Part shown: in pieces, positions 1-10,171 of the stretch
How the letters are laid out: every line of letters starts with the position of its first letter
Numbering within the stretch: position 1 is the stretch's first letter
Assembly (NCBI GenBank): GCA_003220195.1
Contig: QHRT01000006.1
Location: forward strand, 1-45,855
Length of the DNA: 45,855 nucleotides
Direction: 5' to 3'
Source of the DNA: Candidatus Rokuibacteriota bacterium
GTDB taxonomy: Bacteria > Methylomirabilota > Methylomirabilia > Rokubacteriales > CSP1-6
The notes under the pieces: model-generated
Told to the model about the DNA's origin: nothing
What the model saw: the letters and a program-made list of their open reading frames with translations, nothing else
Databases searched by the model: none
Translations under genes and position numbers: made by a program

Positions 1-151
1 GCGTCCGGCGCCCGCGACGCGTGACGCCGCCCGGCCGGAGCCAGCGAAGAGCGATCCCGGGCGCGGCGATCGATCGTCCGCAGTCAGCCTGCCGTCCTCC
101 CGACCGGAGGAGTCATCGGCGATCAGTCCTTCCCGCGGCGAAACGTTCACG

Positions 152-838
152 GTGCAGGTGGCGGCGTACCGGACGCGGTCCGACGCCGAAAAACTGCGCG
201 ACCGGCTCGGCGCGCGCGGCCTCGACGCCGACGTCAGTCAGGCCGACACGGCCGCCGGAGTCTTCTATCGCGTGCGCATCGGACGCTACCGGACGCGCGT
301 GCGACCCGCTGAAGCGGGGCCGCCCTCCCGCGTCCTCATCTCGGAGGACGAGCTTCGCGCCCGCGTCGCGGCGCTCGGTCAGGCGATCGCGCGCGACTAC
401 GCCGACGCGAATCCGGTGCTGGTCGGGGTGCTGAAGGGCGCGCTCGTCTTCATGGCGGATCTGATCCGCGAGATGCCGATCGAGATCACCATGGACTTCA
501 TGGCGCTCTCGAGTTACGGATCGGGGACGCGCTCGTCGGGCGTAGTCAAGCTGGCCGCCGACCTCTCGATGCCGATCGACGACCGCGACGTCATCCTGGT
601 CGAGGACATCATCGACACCGGCCGCACCGTGTCCTACCTGAAAAGGAACCTCGAGACCCGCCATCCGCGGAGCGTTCGCCTCTGCGCGCTCCTCGACAAG
701 ATCGAGCGCCGCGAGGTCGAGGTCGACATTCACTATCTCGGCTTCACGATCCCCAACGTCTTCGTGGTGGGGTACGGCCTGGACCACGCGGGACGCTATC
801 GAAATCTCCCGTACCTGGCGGTGCTGGACCACGTATAG
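152..838 (+). CDS. hpt: Hypoxanthine phosphoribosyltransferase, in frame with an upstream SPOR-like domain (frame is open back to nt 2; possible internal GTG start at 299)
   Basis: The last ~180 aa are typical Hpt: VLISEDELRARV, PRPP loop DVILVEDIIDTGRT, GYGLDHAGRYRNLPY. Residues encoded by ~140-300 read FTVQVAAYRTRSDAEKLRDRLGARG...FYRVRIGRY, the first half of a SPOR fold. I translated this frame by hand and found no stop from nt 2 to 838. Confidence 0.85.
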   Translation: MQVAAYRTRSDAEKLRDRLGARGLDADVSQADTAAGVFYRVRIGRYRTRVRPAEAGPPSRVLISEDELRARVAALGQAIARDYADANPVLVGVLKGALVFMADLIREMPIEITMDFMALSSYGSGTRSSGVVKLAADLSMPIDDRDVILVEDIIDTGRTVSYLKRNLETRHPRSVRLCALLDKIERREVEVDIHYLGFTIPNVFVVGYGLDHAGRYRNLPYLAVLDHV

Positions 839-889
839 CGCACCGCGTCATCCTGGCCTGCCCTTTCGCCCGATGTATAATCGAGACAC

Positions 890-2707
<1,818 letters not shown>

Positions 2708-2745
2708 AGTCCGGATCGAGGGCGGGCCGGCGGCGGCCTCGCCCG

Positions 2746-3630
2746 ATGACGTCGACGAATATGCCTGACCTGCGCCGTGCGTCTCTTGGCACCGTCGCCG
2801 TCGGCGACGGGATTCCCGTCGCCGTGATGGGCGCGCTGAACGTGAGCCCGGAGTCGTTCTACGCGGGCTCGATCCACACCACGCACGACGCGCTGCTGCG
2901 AGCCGCCGATCTGATGGTCGAGGCCGGCGCGGCGCTGATCGACGTCGGCGCGATGTCCACGGCCCCGTACCTCGCCGCGGTGATCACGGAGGACGAAGAG
3001 CGGCGGCGCCTGGCGGATGCCGTGGAGATTCTCGCGCGAAAGCTGCCGGTGCCGATCTCGGCGGATACTGCGCGGCTCGGGCCGGCGCTGGCGGCGATCG
3101 AGGCGGGCGCGGCGATCCTGAACGACGTGACCGGTCTTGCCGACGAGCGAGTCGCGCGGATCGCCGCCGAGCACGACGTCTCGCTCATCCTGATGGCCTC
3201 GCCCCGCGCCTTCCGGGCCCCGAAGGAGCAAGAGGTCCACGACCCGATCGGTTTCGTCTCCGGGGTACTCGCGCACGCGCTCGATCGTGTCGCGCGAGCC
3301 GGGATCCCGGCGGAGCGCGTGGTGCTCGATCCCGGGATCGGGTTCTTTCTCGAGCGTCCCGCCGAACGCGCGGACTGGGACGCGCGCGTCGTGGCCGGGC
3401 TTCGATCCCTCGCGCCGCTCGGGCGGCCGCTCTGTGTCGCCGTCTCCCGAAAGTCGTTCGTCGGCGCCGTCACGCGCCGCACCTCTCCCGCCGACCGTCT
3501 GGCCGGTTCGCTCGCGGCAACCGCGGTGGCCGTGCTCGGCGGCGCCGCCGTCGTGCGCGCCCACGACGTTCGCGAAACGGTCGACGCGGTGAGAGTCGCG
3601 GAGACCCTTCGCGCGGTCACGCCGCCATGA
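2746..3630 (+). CDS. folP: Dihydropteroate synthase
   Basis: The ORF frame opens at 2407, but that part is Arg-rich and overlaps ftsH. ATG 2746 lies just after the ftsH stop. DHPS-like motifs: ALIDVGAMST, ILNDVTGL, VLDPGIGFF, VRAHDV. Confidence 0.85.
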   Translation: MTSTNMPDLRRASLGTVAVGDGIPVAVMGALNVSPESFYAGSIHTTHDALLRAADLMVEAGAALIDVGAMSTAPYLAAVITEDEERRRLADAVEILARKLPVPISADTARLGPALAAIEAGAAILNDVTGLADERVARIAAEHDVSLILMASPRAFRAPKEQEVHDPIGFVSGVLAHALDRVARAGIPAERVVLDPGIGFFLERPAERADWDARVVAGLRSLAPLGRPLCVAVSRKSFVGAVTRRTSPADRLAGSLAATAVAVLGGAAVVRAHDVRETVDAVRVAETLRAVTPP

Positions 3631-4475
3631 AGGGCCTGCTCGCGACGATCCGCTGGCACGACGCGATCGACGTCGCGCTCTGCGCCGCGATCGTCTACCG
3701 GGTGCTCGCCGCCTTCCGCGGCACCCGCGCCGTGCAGATGGTGCTGGGACTCGGTGTGCTGGTCGCCGGGACGGTGCTGGCGCGGCGGCTCGAGCTCCAC
3801 ACGCTGCGCTGGCTGCTCGACAATTTCTGGTCGTTCTGGGTGGTCGCGCTGGTCGTGCTGTTCCAGCCGGAGTTGCGACGCGCGCTCACGCGCATGGGTG
3901 AGGGGCGGCTCGTGCGCTCGCTCGTCGGCGTCAGCTCGCACGAGCGCGTCCGGGTCGTGGAGGAGGTGGCGAGCGCCGTCGAGGCCCTCGCGTCACGCCG
4001 CACCGGAGCGCTCGTCGTGCTCGAGCGCGCGGTCGGTCTCCGGCAGTACGCGGAGCTGGGCGTGCCGCTCGAGGCGCTGGTCTCGGCGGATCTGCTCGTG
4101 AGCCTGTTCCAGCCGTCCTCGCCGCTCCACGACGGCGCGGTCCTCATCCAGGGGTCGCGGGCCATCGCCGCGGGGTGCTTTCTGCCCCTGTCGCGCAACG
4201 TCCCCATCGGACGCGCGCTCGGGACTCGCCATCGGGCGGCGCTCGGGATCAGCGAAGAGACCGACGCGGTGGCGCTCACCGTGTCCGAAGAGACGGGCCG
4301 CATCTCGATCGCGATCGAAGGCCAGCTCGAGCCGGCGAACGACGGCGAGGTTGTGCGCTCGCGTCTGCACGATCTCCTGGTCGGAGAGCTGGTCGGCGCC
4401 TCGGAGACCTCTCTCGTGCGCGGTGTGCGCCGGTGGCTGCCCGGCACGCACGACTCGGCCCAGAATTCTGGCTGA
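3627..4475 (+). CDS. cdaA: Diadenylate cyclase CdaA (membrane-anchored DAC domain)
   Basis: ATGA overlap with the folP stop. Three predicted N-terminal TM helices, then DAC motifs LHDGAVLI and GTRHRAALGISEETDAVALTVSEETGRISIA. Confidence 0.92.
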   Translation: MKGLLATIRWHDAIDVALCAAIVYRVLAAFRGTRAVQMVLGLGVLVAGTVLARRLELHTLRWLLDNFWSFWVVALVVLFQPELRRALTRMGEGRLVRSLVGVSSHERVRVVEEVASAVEALASRRTGALVVLERAVGLRQYAELGVPLEALVSADLLVSLFQPSSPLHDGAVLIQGSRAIAAGCFLPLSRNVPIGRALGTRHRAALGISEETDAVALTVSEETGRISIAIEGQLEPANDGEVVRSRLHDLLVGELVGASETSLVRGVRRWLPGTHDSAQNSG

Positions 4476-4885
4476 TGCTCCGCGGTCTCGGCGCCAACCT
4501 GGATTTGAAAGTGATCTCGGTGCTCATCGCCGCGGCGCTGTGGTGGTTCGTCGCGACGACGGACACGACGCCCGTCGCAATCGCGGCGGCGGTCGAGTAC
4601 ACCGGGCTCGCCGACGACCGGGCGGTCGTCGGTCCCGAGGGTCAAAGGGTGGAGGTCCAGCTTCAGGCGGTACGGTCGGTGGTCGCACGCCTCTCCGCGG
4701 ACCGCGTCCGTGTGCTGGTGAATCTGGCGGGGTTCGGCGAGGGGCGCAGCGTCGTCGATCTGAAGCCGGAGGACGTGATGGTCCCTCCCGGCGTCGTCGT
4801 CACGCGGGTCACGCCCTCGCGCCTTCATCTCACGATTGCGCCGGTCGACGGGACGCGACCGGAGCGAAAGGCGCCGCATCGATGA
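4475..4885 (+). CDS. Short CdaR/YbbR-like regulator of CdaA (one TM helix plus one YbbR-like repeat)
   Basis: ATG 4475 overlaps the cdaA stop (TGATG). N-terminal TM helix VISVLIAAALWWFVA followed by a beta-rich ~100 aa. It sits between cdaA and glmM, where cdaR is found in Firmicutes. The upstream part of the tracked ORF (4175-) overlaps cdaA and is Arg-rich. Confidence 0.6.
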   Translation: MLRGLGANLDLKVISVLIAAALWWFVATTDTTPVAIAAAVEYTGLADDRAVVGPEGQRVEVQLQAVRSVVARLSADRVRVLVNLAGFGEGRSVVDLKPEDVMVPPGVVVTRVTPSRLHLTIAPVDGTRPERKAPHR

Positions 4886-6234
4886 GCCGGCTCTTCGGCA
4901 CCGACGGGATTCGCGGGGTCGCGAACGAAGAGCCACTCACGCCGGACCTCGCCTACCGGCTGGGCCGCGAGCTCGCCGCCACGCTCCACCCGGAGCGCAA
5001 GCAGGAACGCGTGCGGCTGGTGATCGGCCGCGACACCCGGCGCTCGGGGCCGCTGCTCGAGTCGGCGCTCGTCGCCGGGCTCCTGTCGGCGGGCGCGGAC
5101 TGCTTCGCGGTTGGCGTGATGCCGACTCCGGCCATCGCCGTGCTCACGCGCGCGCTCGACGCCGACGGCGGCATCGTGCTGTCCGCCTCGCACAATCCCT
5201 TCGAGGACAACGGCATCAAGCTCTTCTCGGCGAGCGGGACCAAGTTTCCCGACGCCTGGGAAGCCGAGGTGGAGTCGCGGCTCCGCGGTCCGGACGCCGC
5301 CCCCCGCGCGCGACGCGCCGACATCGGTCGGCTGGTGCCGTACGGGCAGGGGGAGGCGTATTACGTCGCGTACCTGACGCGATGCTTTCCGCTCGATCTC
5401 CGGGGCGTCACGATTGCACTCGACTGCGCGCACGGCGCGACGTACCGGGTCGCGCCGCGCGTCTTCAAGAAGCTCGGCGCGCGGGTCCTCACGCTCGGCG
5501 CCCGGCCGGACGGGACGAACATCAACGCCGGGTTCGGCGCCCTGCACCCGGAGACACTGCGAGCCCGTGTCCGCGCGTCGGGCGCCGCGGTCGGGTTCGC
5601 GTTCGACGGGGACGGCGACCGGCTCATCTCCGTCGACGGCGAGGGTGAGATCCGCGACGGCGACTACGCGCTGGCGATCATCGGCCGCCACCTCGCCGAG
5701 CGCGGGCGACTCAAGGGCAACGTGCTCGTGACCACGGTGATGGCGAATCTCGGCCTCGATCAGGCTCTGGCCGACGTGGGGATCACCGTCGTCAAGACCC
5801 AGGTCGGCGACCGCTACGTCCACGAGGAGATGCAGCGCATCGGCGCCAACGTCGGCGGCGAGCAATCGGGGCATCTGCTGTTTCTCGATCATTCGCCGAC
5901 AGGCGACGGCATTCTCTCGGCCCTGGCGCTCCTGTCCGTCGTTCGCGACACCGGTCAGCCACTCGCGTCGCTCGCGACGTGCATGCGGAAATTTCCCCAG
6001 GTGCTCGTCAACGTCCCGGTGCGGCGCAAGCCGCCGTTCGACACCGTGGCCGGGGTGATGGAACGGGTCGCCGAGCACGAGCGCGAGATGAACGGCGCCG
6101 GACGGATTCTCTTGAGATACTCCGGCACCGAGTCGCTCGCGCGCGTGATGGTCGAGGGCGCGGACCTGGCACGCATCCAGGCGATGGCCCACGACCTCGG
6201 TGATCTCATCCGGACGCGGCTCGGCGACGACTGA
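4882..6234 (+). CDS. glmM: Phosphoglucosamine mutase
   Basis: ATG 4882 overlaps the preceding stop. MSRLFGTDGIRG, phosphoserine loop SASHNPFEDNGIK, metal site FDGDGDR, GEQSGH. The tracked ORF start at 4351 is a spurious upstream extension. Confidence 0.95.
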   Translation: MSRLFGTDGIRGVANEEPLTPDLAYRLGRELAATLHPERKQERVRLVIGRDTRRSGPLLESALVAGLLSAGADCFAVGVMPTPAIAVLTRALDADGGIVLSASHNPFEDNGIKLFSASGTKFPDAWEAEVESRLRGPDAAPRARRADIGRLVPYGQGEAYYVAYLTRCFPLDLRGVTIALDCAHGATYRVAPRVFKKLGARVLTLGARPDGTNINAGFGALHPETLRARVRASGAAVGFAFDGDGDRLISVDGEGEIRDGDYALAIIGRHLAERGRLKGNVLVTTVMANLGLDQALADVGITVVKTQVGDRYVHEEMQRIGANVGGEQSGHLLFLDHSPTGDGILSALALLSVVRDTGQPLASLATCMRKFPQVLVNVPVRRKPPFDTVAGVMERVAEHEREMNGAGRILLRYSGTESLARVMVEGADLARIQAMAHDLGDLIRTRLGDD

Positions 6235-6246
6235 GCCCCTGATGTG
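6235..6246. repeat. 12-nt direct repeat copy 1 (GCCCCTGATGTG), immediately after the glmM stop
   Basis: An exact 12-mer is repeated at 6354-6365. See the finding. Confidence 0.6.
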
Positions 6247-6353
6247 CTGACCATGGCTGCACCGATCTCGAGGCGGGCGCCGGGTTCCCTGGCGACTGCC
6301 GAGCGTTGGGGGGTATCGGGGGCCATGACGGGCGCGTCCGCGCGCCCCTCGGG

Positions 6354-6365
6354 GCCCCTGATGTG
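6354..6365. repeat. 12-nt direct repeat copy 2 (GCCCCTGATGTG), immediately before the acpS ATG
   Basis: Exact copy of 6235-6246. The two copies bracket 107 nt of non-coding sequence. Confidence 0.6.
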
Positions 6366-6749
6366 ATGGTCTGCGGCATCGGCGTCGATCTGGTGAAGAT
6401 CTCGCGGATGCGGGACGTGATCTCTCGCTGGGACGATCGCTTTCTCCGGCGCGTCTTCACCGAGGCGGAAATCGCGTACTGTCGGGCGCGGCGCGACCCG
6501 GTGCCCCACTTCGCGGCGCGCTTCGCGGCGAAGGAAGCCGGGTTGAAGGCGCTCGGCACCGGTCTTCGCCTCGGCGTCAGCTGGCGCGAGCTCGAGGTGC
6601 GTCGCGAGCGCGGCGGTCCGCCGTCGCTCGTGCTCTCCGGACGGTGCCAGGAGATCGGCGTCTCGCTGGGCGGCAGTCGGATGCTGCTCGCGCTGACCCA
6701 CGACGGTGACTATGCGATGGCGCAGGCGATGCTCGTGGCGGAGCGTTAG
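6366..6749 (+). CDS. acpS: Holo-[acyl-carrier-protein] synthase (4'-phosphopantetheinyl transferase)
   Basis: ~127 aa. GIGVDLVKISR, FTEAEIAYC, FAAKEAGLKALG, LTHDGDYAMAQA, typical of AcpS. Confidence 0.9.
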   Translation: MVCGIGVDLVKISRMRDVISRWDDRFLRRVFTEAEIAYCRARRDPVPHFAARFAAKEAGLKALGTGLRLGVSWRELEVRRERGGPPSLVLSGRCQEIGVSLGGSRMLLALTHDGDYAMAQAMLVAER

Positions 6750-6824
6750 CGTGGCGCGCGCCCGCGTGGCCGGCCGCACTCCTCGGCGACCGTTCGTTCC
6801 GACGGGCTGAGCGAGCGGTCGCCG

Positions 6825-8384
6825 GTGCTTCCCGTCTTCACCGCCGAAGAAATGCGGCGCCTCGACCGGCGCGCGATCGAGGAGCTCGGAATCCCCGGCG
6901 CGACGCTGATGGAAAACGCCGGCCGCGGCGCCGCGGACGCGATCGTGAAGGCCTTTCCCGGGCTCTCGCGCTCGCGCCGGCCGGTGACGATCGTCTGCGG
7001 TAAGGGCGGCAACGGCGGTGACGGATTCGTGGTCGCGCGCCATCTCGCGCGCCGGCGGATCCGGGTCGTTGTCCTGCTGACGACGCCCCCGCACGACATC
7101 GTCGGCGATGCCGCCACGAAGCTCCAGAGGCTCCGTCGGAGTCGCCTCCAGCCGATGCTCGTCGAGGATCCGGCGAAGATCGCCGGCGCGCTCGCGAACT
7201 CCGCGGTAATCGTCGACGCACTGCTCGGCACGGGATTTCACGGAGCGGCCGAAGGTCTGGTTGCCGAGATGATCCAGGCGATCAACGCCAGCGGCCGACC
7301 CGTGGTCGCGCTCGACATTCCGTCAGGTCTCCCGGCCGACGGCGACGCGCCGACGGGTCCGGTGATCCGGGCGGCGCTGACCGTGACGTTCGCCGGGCTC
7401 AAGCGCGCGCTCGTGATGGGCCCCGCCGCCGATCTGGCGGGCACGGTCGTCACGGCGCCGATCGGCGTGCCCGCCGACGAGCTCCGCCGCGGCATCACGA
7501 CGTTCGTGCTGGAGCGCGAGGACGTGGCGCGTCACTTCCTTCCGCGGCCGCGCGACGCGCACAAGGGGACGTACGGTCGGCTGCTGATCGTGGCGGGCAG
7601 CGTCGGCAAGACCGGCGCGGCGGCGCTCGCCGCGCGCGCCGCCATGCGGAGCGGCGCCGGCCTCGTGACGGTCGCCACGCCCGACAGTCAGCAGCCGATC
7701 GTAGCGGGCCTCGTGCTCGAGCCGATGACGGAACCGCTGCCCGAGACCGCCCGTCGCACCATCGCCCGGGCGGCGCTCGAGCCGATCATGAACCTCGCGC
7801 GCGAGCGCGACGCGCTCGCGCTCGGCCCCGGGCTCGGACTCGAGCCGGAGACGGTGGAGGTGGCGCGGACGCTCGCGCGCGACGTGCCGCGTCCGATGGC
7901 GATCGACGCCGACGCGCTCACGGCGCTGGCGGGCCACGTCGAAATCCTTCGCGCCGCGGCCGCCGCGCGGTGTCTCACGCCGCACCCGGGTGAGATGGCC
8001 CGACTCGTCGGTGCGACGACGAAGGACGTCCAGGACGATCGCATCGCGGTGACGCGCGACCTGGCGATGCGCGCGCAGGTCCACGTGGTGCTGAAGGGCG
8101 CCACGAGCGTGATCGCGGCGCCCGATGGTCTCGTCATGCTGAATCCGACCGGCAACCCCGGCATGGCGAGCGGCGGCACCGGTGACGTCCTCACCGGGAT
8201 CCTGGGTGCCTTCCTGGCGCGTGGGCTGCCACCCGACGTGGCTCTTCCGTGCGCCGTGTATCTCCATGGCGCCGCGGGCGACGCTGCCGCAGCGCGTCTC
8301 GGCCAGGAAGCGCTGGTCGCCGGCGACGTGATCGACGCGCTGCCGGAGGCGTTCGCGTCCCTGCACGCGACGCCAGAACGGTGA
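6825..8384 (+). CDS. nnr: Bifunctional NAD(P)H-hydrate repair enzyme Nnr (epimerase + ADP-dependent dehydratase, YjeF family)
   Basis: 519 aa. N-terminal YjeF_N (FTAEEMRRLD, GKGGNGGDGFVVARHL) and C-terminal carbohydrate-kinase-like domain (KGTYGRLLIVAGS, GGTGDVLTGILGAFLA). Confidence 0.93.
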   Translation: MLPVFTAEEMRRLDRRAIEELGIPGATLMENAGRGAADAIVKAFPGLSRSRRPVTIVCGKGGNGGDGFVVARHLARRRIRVVVLLTTPPHDIVGDAATKLQRLRRSRLQPMLVEDPAKIAGALANSAVIVDALLGTGFHGAAEGLVAEMIQAINASGRPVVALDIPSGLPADGDAPTGPVIRAALTVTFAGLKRALVMGPAADLAGTVVTAPIGVPADELRRGITTFVLEREDVARHFLPRPRDAHKGTYGRLLIVAGSVGKTGAAALAARAAMRSGAGLVTVATPDSQQPIVAGLVLEPMTEPLPETARRTIARAALEPIMNLARERDALALGPGLGLEPETVEVARTLARDVPRPMAIDADALTALAGHVEILRAAAAARCLTPHPGEMARLVGATTKDVQDDRIAVTRDLAMRAQVHVVLKGATSVIAAPDGLVMLNPTGNPGMASGGTGDVLTGILGAFLARGLPPDVALPCAVYLHGAAGDAAAARLGQEALVAGDVIDALPEAFASLHATPER

Positions 8385-8401
8385 TCGGCAGCGCGCGCCG
8401 G

Positions 8402-8818
8402 ATGTCGACGGAGACCGTCACGTCGTCTCCGGAGGAGACCGAAGCTCTCGGGGAAAGGCTCGCGCGCACGCTCGATCCCGGAGCCGTCGTGGCGTTGATC
8501 GGCGAGCTCGGCGCCGGCAAGACGTGCTTCATCCGCGGGCTCGTGCGCGGGCTCGGCGTCACGACCGGGGCGACCAGCCCCACCTTCGTGCTCATCAACG
8601 AGTATCGCGGCCGCGTGCTCGTCCACCATGCCGATCTCTACCGCGTCGAGAGCCTGGCGGAGATCGTCGATCTCGGCCTTCCCGAGCTGTTCGCCGCCGC
8701 GGACGCCGTCACGGTCGTGGAATGGGCCGACAAGCTCGGAGCTCTTCTCCCGGCCGACGCGATTCGCGTCCACATCGACGGCGCGGGCGACGAGCCGCGT
8801 CGGATCCGGATCGATTGA
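8402..8818 (+). CDS. tsaE: tRNA threonylcarbamoyladenosine biosynthesis ATPase TsaE
   Basis: P-loop GELGAGKTCFIRGL, SPTFVLINEY, HADLYR. An alternative GTG start at 8381 overlaps the nnr stop (GTGA). Confidence 0.88.
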   Translation: MSTETVTSSPEETEALGERLARTLDPGAVVALIGELGAGKTCFIRGLVRGLGVTTGATSPTFVLINEYRGRVLVHHADLYRVESLAEIVDLGLPELFAAADAVTVVEWADKLGALLPADAIRVHIDGAGDEPRRIRID

Positions 8819-8877
8819 TGGTCTCGGGGGGATGTATCGGATCCGTGGCGTTGACCGGGGCGTAGCGCCCGTCTTAG

Positions 8878-9561
8878 ATGAGAATCGTGAGCATCGGCGA
8901 GTGGCCTTCGGGCGAGCGACCGCGGGAGAGGCTCTACTGGAACGGTCCCCAGGCGCTCGCGGATGCGGAGCTGCTGGCACTCTCGCTCGGCTCGGGCGCG
9001 CGCGGCCGCAGCGCGATCGCGGTCGCGCACGAGATGCTCGCCGCGTACGGCTCGCTCTCGGACGTGATGTCACGCGAGGCGGTGGAGCTCGCTCGCATGC
9101 CCGGCGTCGGACCCGCGAAGGCGGCGCGGCTCGCCGCGACGTTCGAGCTGTCCCGCCGTCTGCGCGCCCGCGTCCCCGGCGTGCGCACGGTGCTGTCCGG
9201 TCCGGCGGAGGTCTATGCGGCGTACGCACCCTTGATGGAAGATCTGAGACATGAGGTGTTCCGGATCGCGCTGCTCGACGCGCAGAACGGTCTCCTGCGC
9301 GATCGCGTCGTCTCGGAGGGGACCCTGTCGGCGAGCCTCGTCCACCCGCGCGAGGTCTTCAAGCCGGCCATCCTGGAATCGGCCGCGTCGGTGATCCTGC
9401 TCCACAACCATCCGAGCGGTGACCCGACGCCGAGTCGCGAGGACATTCGCCTGACGCGCCAGCTCGTCGAGTGCGCGAACATGCTGGAGCTCAGGATCCA
9501 CGACCACCTGATCGTCGGGCGTGGCCGCTTCGTCAGCCTGGCGGAGCGCGGGATCGTCTAA
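8878..9561 (+). CDS. radC: RadC-family JAB-domain protein (UPF0758)
   Basis: ERPRERL N-terminus, HhH segment MPGVGPAKAARL, JAMM-like motif HNHPSGDPTPSREDIRLTRQL. Confidence 0.9.
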   Translation: MRIVSIGEWPSGERPRERLYWNGPQALADAELLALSLGSGARGRSAIAVAHEMLAAYGSLSDVMSREAVELARMPGVGPAKAARLAATFELSRRLRARVPGVRTVLSGPAEVYAAYAPLMEDLRHEVFRIALLDAQNGLLRDRVVSEGTLSASLVHPREVFKPAILESAASVILLHNHPSGDPTPSREDIRLTRQLVECANMLELRIHDHLIVGRGRFVSLAERGIV

Positions 9562-9567
9562 CTCCCG

Positions 9568-9810
9568 CTACCCCTTCGCGAGCTTCTCGACCTCCTTGCG
9601 GGACAGCGTCTGGCAGTGGGCCACCAGCTTCTTGACCTTCCGCTCCGACGTGTGGTCGGCGAGAATCATCTTGCGCGACTGGGTTCCGCTCGCGATGTAG
9701 GCGACCCAGTCGTCGAGGTCCGGGGTGCCGCGGTAGACGACCGTCAGGCCGCTCAACCGCATCCGCCGACGACTTTCCACCTTCGCGAGAGGCTTGCGAC
9801 TGCCGTCCAT
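9568..9810 (-). CDS. Small basic hypothetical protein (~80 aa)
   Basis: The ORF is open to a GTG at 9855. The internal ATG at 9810 is preceded by GAGGG with a 5-nt spacer. I recognise no family. It is convergent with radC, and a candidate promoter lies upstream at 9896-9925. Confidence 0.4.
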   Translation of the reverse strand: MDGSRKPLAKVESRRRMRLSGLTVVYRGTPDLDDWVAYIASGTQSRKMILADHTSERKVKKLVAHCQTLSRKEVEKLAKG

Positions 9811-9895
9811 GAGATCCCTCGTTCTCTCCCGCCGATCACGGACCGCAATGAGCACTGCACGTCTCGTCTTCGCTCTTCGCCGTACGAGCCCGCCA

Positions 9896-9925
9896 ACCTT
9901 ACGAAGCGGATGAAATTTGTGTCAA
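9896..9925 (-). promoter_or_regulatory. Candidate sigma70-type promoter for the small minus-strand gene
   Basis: On the minus strand: perfect -35 TTGACA (9925-9920), 18-nt spacer, -10-like TAAGGT (9901-9896). Confidence 0.4.
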
Positions 9926-10105
9926 GGTCTCGTTTGCCCGCATTCGATGAGGAAATACGTCGCTCACGTTGCGCGCGAGCGCATGAGACGCCGCGATTCC
10001 ACACTTCCCTCCCGCCGTGGACGAACGGACCGTCGTCTTTCGACGCCCTGGCTGCAAACGCGCGTCAGACCGTGCAGTTCGGGCCGGCGTGGATTGATGT
10101 GAATA

Positions 10106-10126
10106 TGTGGACAACCGTGTGGGTAA
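10106..10126 (-). promoter_or_regulatory. Two tandem DnaA-box-like 9-mers
   Basis: Minus-strand reading gives TTGTCCACA (10114-10106) and TTACCCACA (10126-10118), same orientation, 3 nt apart. They lie inside the least GC-rich intergenic region of the window. Confidence 0.25.
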
Positions 10127-10171
10127 CTCCCCGGCGATCGCCGGGCTTGCCCCGGATTTCCGCGAGAATCC

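Noticed and set aside
113-832. Minus-strand 239-aa ORF and plus-strand ORF 21-434 overlapping hpt
   Set aside because: The Hpt frame carries the PRPP-binding motif. The alternatives are Arg/Pro-rich with no signatures.
9568-9855. PilZ (c-di-GMP binding) assignment for the small basic protein, based on an RRRMR string
   Set aside because: The second PilZ motif (D/N-x-S-x-x-G) is not present at the expected spacing, and the protein is shorter than typical PilZ domains. The support is too weak.
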